NCBI GenBank assembly: GCA_964579635.1
Contig: CAZOFV010000002.1
Location: forward strand, 1,371 to 65,370
DNA: 64,000 nucleotides
Origin: an uncultured Candidatus Saccharibacteria bacterium
GTDB taxonomy: Bacteria > Patescibacteriota > Minisyncoccia > Phycocordibacterales > VMEP01
Direction of reading: 5' to 3'
Position numbers and translations under genes: made by a program
Shown: positions 20,158-28,998 of the stretch, piece by piece
How the letters are laid out: each line of letters begins with the position of its first letter
Numbering within the stretch: the first letter of the stretch is position 1
The notes under the pieces: generated by a model
Seen by the model: only the letters and a program-made list of their open reading frames with translations
Database searches by the model: none
Told to the model about the DNA's origin: nothing

Positions 20158-20247
20158 GCTTTTGTCTTTAAAAACGCGCATAAAACTTTGCTAAGTTTTT
20201 GCTATGCTCGTGCCGTCGCACTGCGCAATGTTTTTAAAAACAAAAGC
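20158..20247 (-). repeat. 90-nt structured element, copy A (upstream of rpsP)
   Basis: 18-bp terminal stem enclosing two hairpins; homologous to 28192-28281 and 54099-54189. Confidence 0.85.
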
Positions 20248-20353
20248 AGGGACTAGAAAAGACAAGAATATCCTATCCAAGAGCACCCCCCTTAAAGGTT
20301 CTAATCACCCAATCTAACCAATTTTGGCCACTTTTGTGTTATGATTTGAACCC

Positions 20354-22339
20354 ATGAAAAAGCATACCGATAAACATCATAAAGTAGAGCACAAAAAGGC
20401 TCCTGTGAAAGAACACGCCCAAAAGCACCACGAACATACCGTTGAAGGCACTATCACTGTCAGTTTCAAAGGTATTGGTTTTGTTCGCATTGAAGGAGAA
20501 GATGAATCAATAGAAGTCTCTGCTAATTCACTAAATACTGCGCTTCACGGCGACCGAGTTAAGGTTTCCGTTCACGGCAAAGGACGCAACGGACAACCAC
20601 AAGGTGAAGTTATTGAAATCCTACTTAGGGCAAGATCTGGCTTTGCTGGCACCATAGAAAAAGACCGCGACGTCTATTACCTTATTCCACAAGACCAGCG
20701 TGTTTATGTTGACCTTGTTATTCCAAAAGATGATTTAGGAGAAGCAAAAGAAGGAGATAAGGTTTTTGCCGCATTCATTGAGTGGACCGATCCAAAGAAA
20801 AATCCTGTTGGTAAGGTTCTCCGTGTTTTGGGTAGACCAGGAGAACACGAGGCAGAAATGGTTGCTATCGTTTTGGAATCTGGTTTTGATACTGGTTTTC
20901 CAAAAGAAGTTGAGGACGAATCAAAAAAGCTTGAAGAAAAAGGTATTACTGAAGATGATTTAAAAGGTCGTCGTGATTTTCGCAACACTACAACATTCAC
21001 CATTGACCCAGAAGACGCCAAAGACTTTGATGACGCCATCTCAATTCAAGATTTAGGTAACAATGTTTATGAAATCGGTGTGCATATTGCTGATGTTTCC
21101 CATTATGTTCGCCCAGGAACCGAAATTGATAAAGAAGCGATGAAACGCACAACTTCTATATACCTCGTCGACCGCACAATTCCAATGCTTCCGGAAGGAC
21201 TTTCTAATGGATTATGTAGTTTAAATGCAAACGAAGACAAACTGACTTTTAGCGCCGTTTTTAAAATTGATATGCAGGGGAAAATATCTGACTATTGGTT
21301 TGGTCGCTCTGTTATAAAATCAAATAAACGCTTTACCTACGAAAATGCCCAGGAAACTATCGATCGTGGTTCTGGAGAATATTTTGAAGAACTCGTAATT
21401 TTAAATAAGATTGCCAAAAAATTAAAACAAAAACGCTTTGACGAAGGTGCCATTTCTCTTGAACAAGAAGAAGTGCGTTTTAAGTTGGATGAAACCGGGC
21501 GCCCTGTATCTATTTATAAAAAAGTTCGTGGTGATACTCATAAACTCGTTGAGGAATTTATGCTACTTGCCAACCGCGAGGTTGCCTCATTTGTCGCCAA
21601 AAAACACGAAAATGAAGATGGTGTTTTCGTTTACCGTATTCACGACGAACCAAATACAGAGCGTATCCAAAACCTCGCAATATTCGTTAAAAGCTTGGGC
21701 TATGACCTAAAAATGACCGATGGGAAAACGACACCAAGAGATATAAATAATCTTCTAGAAAAACTTGAAGGCACAAGTGTAAAAGACATGATTCAGACCG
21801 CCGTTGTCCGCTCAATGGCAAAAGCAATTTACACAACTCAAAACATTGGCCACTTTGGCTTAGGTTTTGAGTTCTATACACATTTCACATCTCCTATCCG
21901 TCGTTATCCAGACACCATGGTCCACAGACTTTTAGCACGATACTTAAACAACGAAAAAATAGACGCAAAAGAATGGAAGTTCTACGAAAGAATGTCTACC
22001 TTTTCATCACAACGAGAAAAAGAAGCATCTGATGCTGAGCGTGGCTCAATCAAATATAAACAAGTGGAATATATGTCAGAACGCATTGGGCAGATTTTTG
22101 ACGGCGTAATTTCTGGAGTTACTGAGTGGGGTTTCTACGTTGAAGAAAAAGAAACGAAATGTGAGGGTATGGTTCCGCTACGAACATTAAACGACGACTT
22201 CTATAATTTTGAAGAAAAACGCTACCGCTTGGTTGGAGAAAAAACAAAAAAAATATATTCTCTCGGAGATAAAATAAAATTCAAAGTTGAAAAAACAGAC
22301 CTTGGAAGAAAAACTATTGATTACTCTTTAGTAAGTTAG
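20354..22339 (+). CDS. rnr: Ribonuclease R (RNB family)
   Basis: TIDPEDAKDFDDA, YTHFTSPIRRYPD, C-terminal S1 domain. Confidence 0.95.
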   Translation: MKKHTDKHHKVEHKKAPVKEHAQKHHEHTVEGTITVSFKGIGFVRIEGEDESIEVSANSLNTALHGDRVKVSVHGKGRNGQPQGEVIEILLRARSGFAGTIEKDRDVYYLIPQDQRVYVDLVIPKDDLGEAKEGDKVFAAFIEWTDPKKNPVGKVLRVLGRPGEHEAEMVAIVLESGFDTGFPKEVEDESKKLEEKGITEDDLKGRRDFRNTTTFTIDPEDAKDFDDAISIQDLGNNVYEIGVHIADVSHYVRPGTEIDKEAMKRTTSIYLVDRTIPMLPEGLSNGLCSLNANEDKLTFSAVFKIDMQGKISDYWFGRSVIKSNKRFTYENAQETIDRGSGEYFEELVILNKIAKKLKQKRFDEGAISLEQEEVRFKLDETGRPVSIYKKVRGDTHKLVEEFMLLANREVASFVAKKHENEDGVFVYRIHDEPNTERIQNLAIFVKSLGYDLKMTDGKTTPRDINNLLEKLEGTSVKDMIQTAVVRSMAKAIYTTQNIGHFGLGFEFYTHFTSPIRRYPDTMVHRLLARYLNNEKIDAKEWKFYERMSTFSSQREKEASDAERGSIKYKQVEYMSERIGQIFDGVISGVTEWGFYVEEKETKCEGMVPLRTLNDDFYNFEEKRYRLVGEKTKKIYSLGDKIKFKVEKTDLGRKTIDYSLVS

Positions 22340-22401
22340 ATTTGCCTAAAATAATTAAGTTGAGTTATATTAAAATCTGTTGTTTTTAGGAGAAAGCTAG
22401 C

Positions 22402-22626
22402 ATGGATGTTATCGCACCTTCAGGAGATGGATTTTGCCCAGCGTGTCACGGGGATGCCATTTATTTCAAACAACTCGACGAAGAAAGGATGGGTAAAGAT
22501 ATTCAGATAACCCGTCTTTATCACTGTGTTTGTGGTTATAAAGCGAAAGTTGTAATCAATGGCCGAAACATACTCTCTTGCAAGAACCCATCTCCGCAAG
22601 AAATAGAGTCTCTGCACGCTTCGTAA
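22402..22626 (+). CDS. Small putative zinc-ribbon protein
   Basis: CPAC...CVCG; AGGAG SD; TTGCCT-18-TATATT. Confidence 0.75.
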   Translation: MDVIAPSGDGFCPACHGDAIYFKQLDEERMGKDIQITRLYHCVCGYKAKVVINGRNILSCKNPSPQEIESLHAS

Positions 22627-22640
22627 AAAAGCACCAAACA

Positions 22641-22664
22641 AAAACCCGCCAGTTGGCGGGTTTT
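22641..22664. terminator. Bidirectional terminator shared by two convergent orphans
   Basis: AAAACCCGCC-agtt-GGCGGGTTTT. Confidence 0.85.
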
Positions 22665-22684
22665 ATTATTTATGCCACGAATGG

Positions 22685-22975
22685 CTAAATTGTGAACGGA
22701 GTATTCATCATTTCTATGAATTCTTTTTCTCCGACCTTAGGAACATCATCTCCCGCATGAAGATACTGCCTGCCACACTTACGACAAGCCGCAGTGCGAT
22801 AAAGGAATGCCCCGTTAAACCAGCCGGAAACTTCGCGCACAACATCCCCACCGCAATTTTCCGCCTTGCACTTATTGCCAAGGAAGGGAGTATTTTCTTC
22901 CCGGAATACCTTCCTGGCCTTAAAAAACCTGGCCAAGTTTTCCTCAGACAGCTCAGGAAAATTTCTATTGCCCAT
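22685..22975 (-). CDS. Small putative zinc-ribbon protein
   Basis: CKAENC...CRKCG; GGAGG SD; TTGACT-17-TATCTT. Confidence 0.75.
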   Translation of the reverse strand: MGNRNFPELSEENLARFFKARKVFREENTPFLGNKCKAENCGGDVVREVSGWFNGAFLYRTAACRKCGRQYLHAGDDVPKVGEKEFIEMMNTPFTI

Positions 22976-23058
22976 GATTAGTCCCTCCAGTTATCAAACC
23001 AAACCTGTCTTTAAGATATATACGCTAAACAATCAAGTCAACCTTATCTAAATGATTA

Positions 23059-25347
23059 TTATTTCGCCACAGCGACAGCTTCTTCAAATTTAACGGAAAG
23101 TAGTCTCGAAGCCGCGTCCCCTGCTGTTGTAATTCCATAAAGCACTCCTGCGCGAGACATTGTTTCTCTATTGTGAGTGATAACAACTAATTGCGAATGT
23201 TTAGCAAGATTCTCCAGCATATCTGCATATTTACGTGAGTTTGCTTCATCAAGCGCCGCGTCGGTTTCATCAAGAACAAGAAATGGTGGAGGATTAACCT
23301 GAGAGACAGCAAAGATAAGCGCGATTGAGGTTAAAGCTCTTTCCCCTCCCGAGAGCATCTGTAAATCACGAATTTTTTTCTGTGGAAGATTTACTTTAAT
23401 ATCAATTCCATATTTAACATCTTCGTCTTCAGACGCTTCATCATAAAGTTCTTCACCTGTGTCTGGGTCAAAACCGATACTTTTTTGTTTTCTTTTCTCC
23501 TCAATGATTGAGAGTGTGGCTGACCCTCCATCAAACATTAATTTAAAGAATTCATCAAACTGTTTATTTATCTTTTCTATCCCTTCAGAGAACTGATTAT
23601 TTAATTTATCACGAAGGTTTGTGATAAGCGCCTCAATATCTTCTGCGCTTCTCTTTAAGTCACCAATTTCGCGTTCAAGGAAAGTATCTCTCTCAGATAC
23701 CTCTTGATATTCTCTCATAAGTTCCGCACCACCAGCAGCACCCATATCTTCAAGGCGAATCTTCATCCTCTCCATTTTCTTTCGACGATCTTCTTGTATC
23801 TCACGTGGTTCAGACATTAAAGAAGACTCGTCAATTTCAAATGTTTGATATCGCATCGAATCATTACCAATCAAAACTTTCGCCTCCTCAATTTCCGTCT
23901 TCATCATTTCTTCGTCGCGTAAAACAGAATGTTCCTTTGAAGAAAGTACGTCCAACTTAGAAACACATTCACTTCTGTGGGCAGATAGTTCATATAATTT
24001 TCGCTCGTGTTCATGTGACAAATCTTTGTCTTTTTCAAGCTCACTCTTCGCTTTCATATACTCAAGATTGAGAGAATTTTCCTCACCTTCTTTTTTCAAA
24101 ATATCCTCTTCGACTGAAACACACTCACTACGTAACCGAGCAAAATCCTCTTCAGAAAAGATAACTCTTTGTGGAATATTCTCACGAAGAATTACCAAAA
24201 AATCACTAGTTAATTGTTTTAAAGAAGCAAAAAGTGTTCTTATTGCCAAAATATCGTTAATCGTCTCCCCTTCAGATAACAAAGAATTAACTCTCTCAGC
24301 GAAAGAACGAACTCTAGAAACAGGAATTTGTGCGCCTTCTTCTTCTTGGACGTTTGATTCAGCTTCTTTTTTTCTCTCCTCTTCAATTTCTATTCTCCCT
24401 TCAAGTCGTCCAAGCTTTCTTGATAACTCATCTTTATCACGACGAATAGCGCGGAGTCCTTCTTCAAACCTGCGCAAACTAGAAAGCGTCTCTAAGTTCC
24501 TTTCTCTTGAAGCAAGAGAATCTTTAATGCTCCCAATCATTTTTTCAACATCACGAAGAGTGTTGGTTAAAACACTCTTTTCTTTCCCTATTTTTTCTTT
24601 TTCGCGCGTAAGGTAAAACTCTTCACGCTTTAAATATTCCGCATAAAGACTTGATAATTCAACACGGAGCTCTTCTGCTTTTTCAACCTTCTCAACCTGT
24701 TTCTTTAAAAATTTTATATGGGGAGCGATTTCACGACGAAGTGATTCGGCTTTTTCTGTATTTTCACGAGTACGTTCTAATTTTTTTTCACCATCGCTTA
24801 TTTTCCATTGGTATATTTTTAGACCAAGCGCTTCTTCGATCATCGTACGGCGCTCAATGATATTCGCATTCAAAATTCTATCTGCTTCGCCTTGTGAAAT
24901 AATATGATGTCCTGATGCTCCAATATTAACCGAAGCTAAGAGTTCAATAATATCTCGAAGGCGAACCTGTGAACCGTTTATTAAATATTTATTTGTCCCG
25001 TCACGATATACCTCACGAGTAATTGTAATTTTATCAAAATTTAAATTTATATCTCCAGACAGCTCACCCTCAAGAGAAAACATTCTCTTTGAGTTATCAA
25101 AAGTAATGGAAACATGGGCTCGGTTCATTACTGGAATTGCCTTTGAACCGTTAAAAATCATGTCCTCTCCTTTTTTACCGCGGAGAGATTTGAGAGACTG
25201 TTCGCCCAAAACAAAACGAATTGATTCTGCGATATTTGATTTACCAGAACCATTAGGTCCAACAATTGATGTGATTGGGGCGGAAAATTCAAGCTCGCTT
25301 TTTTTAGCGAACGATTTAAAACCGGAAAGTTCAAGGCTCTTCAACAT
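23059..25347 (-). CDS. smc: SMC-family ATPase, short form
   Basis: GFKSF, GPNGSGKSN, LSGGE, LDETDAALD; coiled coils; 762 aa. Confidence 0.9.
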   Translation of the reverse strand: MLKSLELSGFKSFAKKSELEFSAPITSIVGPNGSGKSNIAESIRFVLGEQSLKSLRGKKGEDMIFNGSKAIPVMNRAHVSITFDNSKRMFSLEGELSGDINLNFDKITITREVYRDGTNKYLINGSQVRLRDIIELLASVNIGASGHHIISQGEADRILNANIIERRTMIEEALGLKIYQWKISDGEKKLERTRENTEKAESLRREIAPHIKFLKKQVEKVEKAEELRVELSSLYAEYLKREEFYLTREKEKIGKEKSVLTNTLRDVEKMIGSIKDSLASRERNLETLSSLRRFEEGLRAIRRDKDELSRKLGRLEGRIEIEEERKKEAESNVQEEEGAQIPVSRVRSFAERVNSLLSEGETINDILAIRTLFASLKQLTSDFLVILRENIPQRVIFSEEDFARLRSECVSVEEDILKKEGEENSLNLEYMKAKSELEKDKDLSHEHERKLYELSAHRSECVSKLDVLSSKEHSVLRDEEMMKTEIEEAKVLIGNDSMRYQTFEIDESSLMSEPREIQEDRRKKMERMKIRLEDMGAAGGAELMREYQEVSERDTFLEREIGDLKRSAEDIEALITNLRDKLNNQFSEGIEKINKQFDEFFKLMFDGGSATLSIIEEKRKQKSIGFDPDTGEELYDEASEDEDVKYGIDIKVNLPQKKIRDLQMLSGGERALTSIALIFAVSQVNPPPFLVLDETDAALDEANSRKYADMLENLAKHSQLVVITHNRETMSRAGVLYGITTAGDAASRLLSVKFEEAVAVAK

Positions 25348-25382
25348 GATATTTGATACGAAGTATAGCCTATTTAAAACTT

Positions 25383-25414
25383 AAAAAAAATGGGCCCCGC
25401 GTGATGCGGGGCCC
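25383..25414 (-). terminator. Intrinsic terminator
   Basis: GGGCCCCGC-loop-GCGGGGCCC followed by aT8 on the minus strand. Confidence 0.8.
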
Positions 25415-25434
25415 TTCAAGGCGAAAACAAACTA

Positions 25435-26094
25435 CTAAAACTTGGGGATACGCTCCCCGACGACAATTGCACCATCGAGCGGTTCCGGCGTCGGGAAATG
25501 ATGAACGTTCTTCATTCCCTTCGGTATGAACGGGTCGCGCCCTTGAACGACGCGCCATTCATGAGTCGGGAAACGTCCGACTTCGGTCTCGCGCGGGAGA
25601 ATGAACAGGTCTAGGTAGAGATATTTCCTGCCATCTTCGCAACGCTTCATCCAGACTTGCGCATTGCAAACCACCTTTTCTCCGGCAAACGGTCCCGGAT
25701 TATGGGGGTGGTAAACGTGAATGTTCATCACGCCGCCTTTCACTGGGCGGAAAAAGCGAAGATAGTCATTACCCCCGTTCACCCCGGCCTTGTACTCCGC
25801 CATGTCCGGAATCTTCACCGAAAACAGCGCCTTTGCGTCAGACCACAACAGCTCGCGAGAAGCGACGCCATCGGACGAAACAACCTTCTTCGGCATTGGT
25901 GCCGGCGCGGGTGCCACTACCGCTTTGGCTTGGTCGGCCTTTTGCGCCACCTTGCCGTTTCCCTTCTTGGCTTTTTCTGCCCTTTCGTTTTTTGCCTTTT
26001 TGACCTCCTCGATCTTCTGGGCTCTTGCCTTCGAAGCCACTTTCGGAAAAAACATCCCGAGCTGTTCGGCCATGCCAACGTGCTGTCCACTCAT
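25435..26094 (-). CDS. Orphan hypothetical protein (GC-richer; Lys/Ala-rich N-terminal half)
   Basis: AAGGAGG SD before ATG 26094; TTGACA-17-TTTAAT; own terminator. Confidence 0.8.
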   Translation of the reverse strand: MSGQHVGMAEQLGMFFPKVASKARAQKIEEVKKAKNERAEKAKKGNGKVAQKADQAKAVVAPAPAPMPKKVVSSDGVASRELLWSDAKALFSVKIPDMAEYKAGVNGGNDYLRFFRPVKGGVMNIHVYHPHNPGPFAGEKVVCNAQVWMKRCEDGRKYLYLDLFILPRETEVGRFPTHEWRVVQGRDPFIPKGMKNVHHFPTPEPLDGAIVVGERIPKF

Positions 26095-26187
26095 GGTTTT
26101 CCTCCTTAGGAAAAATGTTTGAAAATACAACGATCAATAATGCTCTTAAGATTAAAGCATTTTTATGCTAATTTGTCAAACAAAAAA

Positions 26188-26883
26188 TTATTTTAGCCAG
26201 CCTTTTTTCTTTAAAGCACCTTCCGCCGCTTTTTGTTCAGCCTCTTGTTTTGATTTACCAGAACCATCCACAATTAATTCTTTAGAAAGAAAAACCCCGA
26301 CAGTAAACCGCTTATCATGATCTGGTCCAGATTCAGATAACACTTTGTAAACCGGAGTAATACCAAAATGCTCCTGTGCTTTTTCTTGAAAAACGCTTTT
26401 AGCATCACGCCATGAACCCTTCTCCAAAATCTCTTTCATTTCTGGAAACAAAAACTCCTCAACAAAATCGTTTGATTTTTCATAACCTTGATCAAGATAA
26501 AGCGCACCCAAAAACGACTCAAAAGTATTCGCCAAGATATCCTGCCTTGCCTTACCAGTATCTTTTGATTCCCCTTTTGAAAGAAGCAGGAATTCATTCA
26601 TTCCAAGTTTTTCCGCAACCATAGAAAGAGTGACTGCATTCACAAGTGCCGCGCGATACGAAGTTAAATCCCCTTCATTTTTATCTGGATAATTTTTATA
26701 CAAATAATTTGTGGTAATAAGCTCAAGAACAGCATCACCTAAAAATTCCAAACGTTCATTATGATGAATTCCAACCTTTGGGTTTTCGTTTAAATATGAA
26801 CGATGAATAAACGCCTGCTTTAATAGGTTTTTATCTTTAAAGTTAACACTTACCTTTTTTTCAAACTTTGAGAAATCAATCAT
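26188..26883 (-). CDS. rnc: Ribonuclease III
   Basis: NERLEFLGDAVL signature; C-terminal dsRBD. Confidence 0.96.
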   Translation of the reverse strand: MIDFSKFEKKVSVNFKDKNLLKQAFIHRSYLNENPKVGIHHNERLEFLGDAVLELITTNYLYKNYPDKNEGDLTSYRAALVNAVTLSMVAEKLGMNEFLLLSKGESKDTGKARQDILANTFESFLGALYLDQGYEKSNDFVEEFLFPEMKEILEKGSWRDAKSVFQEKAQEHFGITPVYKVLSESGPDHDKRFTVGVFLSKELIVDGSGKSKQEAEQKAAEGALKKKGWLK

Positions 26884-26986
26884 GTTTCTTGAGAACACGA
26901 ATCATGGAACATGTAACAAAATAATTGTTCAAAATTCCATAACTACGTTCGAATTACTTTCTAATATTCAAACATTAAAACTATCT

Positions 26987-27886
26987 TTATTTCTTCAAAA
27001 GAACGCCTACTGCTTTTGTGATGATTGGCACAATATCATCATAAAGATTCAAAGAAGGAACTTCCGTTACAGGGAACCATCTTGAATCATCGAGTCCGCC
27101 AACTTTCTCTGTTGTAAGTGTGACAACCGGCGATTCAGCAAGATAATAACAAACCTGCTTCCTTAGCCTACCTTTTTCTGGGTCAGTTGCAAGATACTCA
27201 TTATCTCCAATTTTTTCTTTAACTGTAACTGGAATTCCAAGCTCTTCTTTGGTTTTTCGATTAACCGCTTCTTCGTCGGTCTCGCCTTCTTGCAGATGAC
27301 CCTTAGCAAGCGTCCAGTGTCCAAAAATATCGTGAACCAAAGCAAGCTGTAAAACACCGTTTCCCCAACCAAAAACAATTGCACCAATTAATTTATCAAT
27401 TGGGAGTTTTTCTATGTCTTCCGGGTCTTTGCTGTGTTTATTTTTACTCGTATCATCTTTTCCTGGTTCGCCCAACTCTTTATAGACCGCACCCAAAACT
27501 CCATTAACAAATTTTCCACTATTCTCTCCGCCAAAAGATTTTGCCAATTCAATTGCTTCGTTGATTGCAACCTTTGGTGGAACCTCGAGTCTATCTGCAA
27601 AAAGAAGCTCAAAGAGCCCTAAACGTAAGATATTTCTATCAACTGCTGCAATTCGATCAATCGGCCAAGCTGGTGCCGCTTTTTCTATAATGTCGTCTAG
27701 TGTTTTTGTACGAGAAGCAATATTGACGGAAAGTGTACGCATAAAATCTGCGTCACTTGTTCCTGGGGCAAATTCTTCAATATTTCTTTTTAAGGTGTCT
27801 TCTAGAGTATTTTCCGGCTGGCCATTAAAATCCCACTCAAAGAGGGTTTGGAGAACTATTGACCGTGAAAGGTGCCTATTAGCCAT
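26987..27886 (-). CDS. nusB: NusB fused to a C-terminal Nudix-like domain
   Basis: VDRNILRL, VAINEAIELAK, KFVNGVL; then KGHLQEGETDEEAVNRKTKEELGI. Confidence 0.92.
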   Translation of the reverse strand: MANRHLSRSIVLQTLFEWDFNGQPENTLEDTLKRNIEEFAPGTSDADFMRTLSVNIASRTKTLDDIIEKAAPAWPIDRIAAVDRNILRLGLFELLFADRLEVPPKVAINEAIELAKSFGGENSGKFVNGVLGAVYKELGEPGKDDTSKNKHSKDPEDIEKLPIDKLIGAIVFGWGNGVLQLALVHDIFGHWTLAKGHLQEGETDEEAVNRKTKEELGIPVTVKEKIGDNEYLATDPEKGRLRKQVCYYLAESPVVTLTTEKVGGLDDSRWFPVTEVPSLNLYDDIVPIITKAVGVLLKK

Positions 27887-27913
27887 ACCGTAATGGTACG
27901 AGATGAGAAAACG

Positions 27914-28138
27914 TTATTTTACCGCCGAAGCTTTCTTAGCCTTCTTTTCTTTCTTCGCTATCTTTTTGTTTACATCAAGTACCTGGCGACCACGGTAAGT
28001 ACCGCAGTTCGGGCAGACCCGATGCGTAAGGTGCGGTGCCGCACATTTCTCGCACTTAGATAACGAACCCCCCACTAATGCGTGGTGGGAACGGCGATTG
28101 CGGGTGTGAGCCCGCGTGTGTCTCATTCGTACAACCAT
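27914..28138 (-). CDS. rpmF: 50S ribosomal protein L32
   Basis: [22 protein letters not shown]. Confidence 0.95.
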   Translation of the reverse strand: MVVRMRHTRAHTRNRRSHHALVGGSLSKCEKCAAPHLTHRVCPNCGTYRGRQVLDVNKKIAKKEKKAKKASAVK

Positions 28139-28191
28139 AACTTGCGTAGTATTACAAAAAGAGACAAAAAAGTAAAGGTTTCATTTTTAAA

Positions 28192-28281
28192 CACACACCA
28201 CTAAAATACACGCGTAAAATTCTGCTGAATTTTCGCTCTGCTCGATTCGTCAATCTGCGCAAGGTATTTTAGTGGTGTATG
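28192..28281 (-). repeat. 90-nt structured element, copy B (upstream of rpmF)
   Basis: 15-bp perfect stem extendable to 18 bp with a G-U pair on the minus strand; same internal hairpins as copies A and C. Confidence 0.85.
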
Positions 28282-28311
28282 CGGGGTACGGAATACGTAA
28301 AATTTATCTAA

Positions 28312-28947
28312 TTAAGAAGAAAAACCTGTATTTTTAAGGAAACTCCGGCGGTGGATTTTGGTGATGCCATGTTTTTTAATCGCCAAGTAATGTGCCTTAG
28401 TGCCATATCCTTTATGTCTTTCAAAACCATATTGTGGAAACTTCTTGGCAAATCGCACCATTAATCGGTCGCGGGTTACCTTTGCAACAACTGAGGCAAT
28501 AGAAATAATCTGCACCAAATCATCTCCGTGGATTATTGTTTTTTGGTTTTTATATTCTTTAGGCGCTTTCAATCCCCCATCAAGAAATATCTGCGCATAC
28601 TCTGGTTTAACCTTAAGATTTGAAAGAGATTTATCAAGCGCGCTTTGTATAGAAAAAACTATTCCCTTTTTATCGATAATTGTTGGTGTGGTAAAAGAAA
28701 CAGAAAATTTTATATCGCCACACATTTGCGCCAATTTTATTTTCTTAAACCACTCTTCTCTTTTTTTCTCTGAAAGTTTCTTTGAATCTCGTATTCCTTT
28801 GAATTCTTTTTTTAGCCGAGAATTATATACAGCCGAATTTATGGCCACGGCGCCGACAGCCACCGGCCCTGCCAACGGCCCTCGCCCTACTTCATCGATA
28901 CCGACAATAAATTTTTGTTTTTTAGCCACACAATTCTTCATATCCAC
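28312..28947 (-). CDS. rnhB: Ribonuclease HII
   Basis: GIDEVGRGPLAGP, DSKKL, AKVTRD, HKGYGT; exact start uncertain. Confidence 0.95.
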   Translation of the reverse strand: MDMKNCVAKKQKFIVGIDEVGRGPLAGPVAVGAVAINSAVYNSRLKKEFKGIRDSKKLSEKKREEWFKKIKLAQMCGDIKFSVSFTTPTIIDKKGIVFSIQSALDKSLSNLKVKPEYAQIFLDGGLKAPKEYKNQKTIIHGDDLVQIISIASVVAKVTRDRLMVRFAKKFPQYGFERHKGYGTKAHYLAIKKHGITKIHRRSFLKNTGFSS

Positions 28948-28998
28948 ATAATATCAGAGTATTATCTTGCCTCTGCTATAATGGGCAAACTTAATGAC

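Noticed and set aside
25657-26137. Overlapping ORFs 25657-26109, 25790-26122 and 25838-26137
   Set aside because: By-products of GC-richer sequence; the SD and terminator support only the minus-strand 26094-25435 gene.
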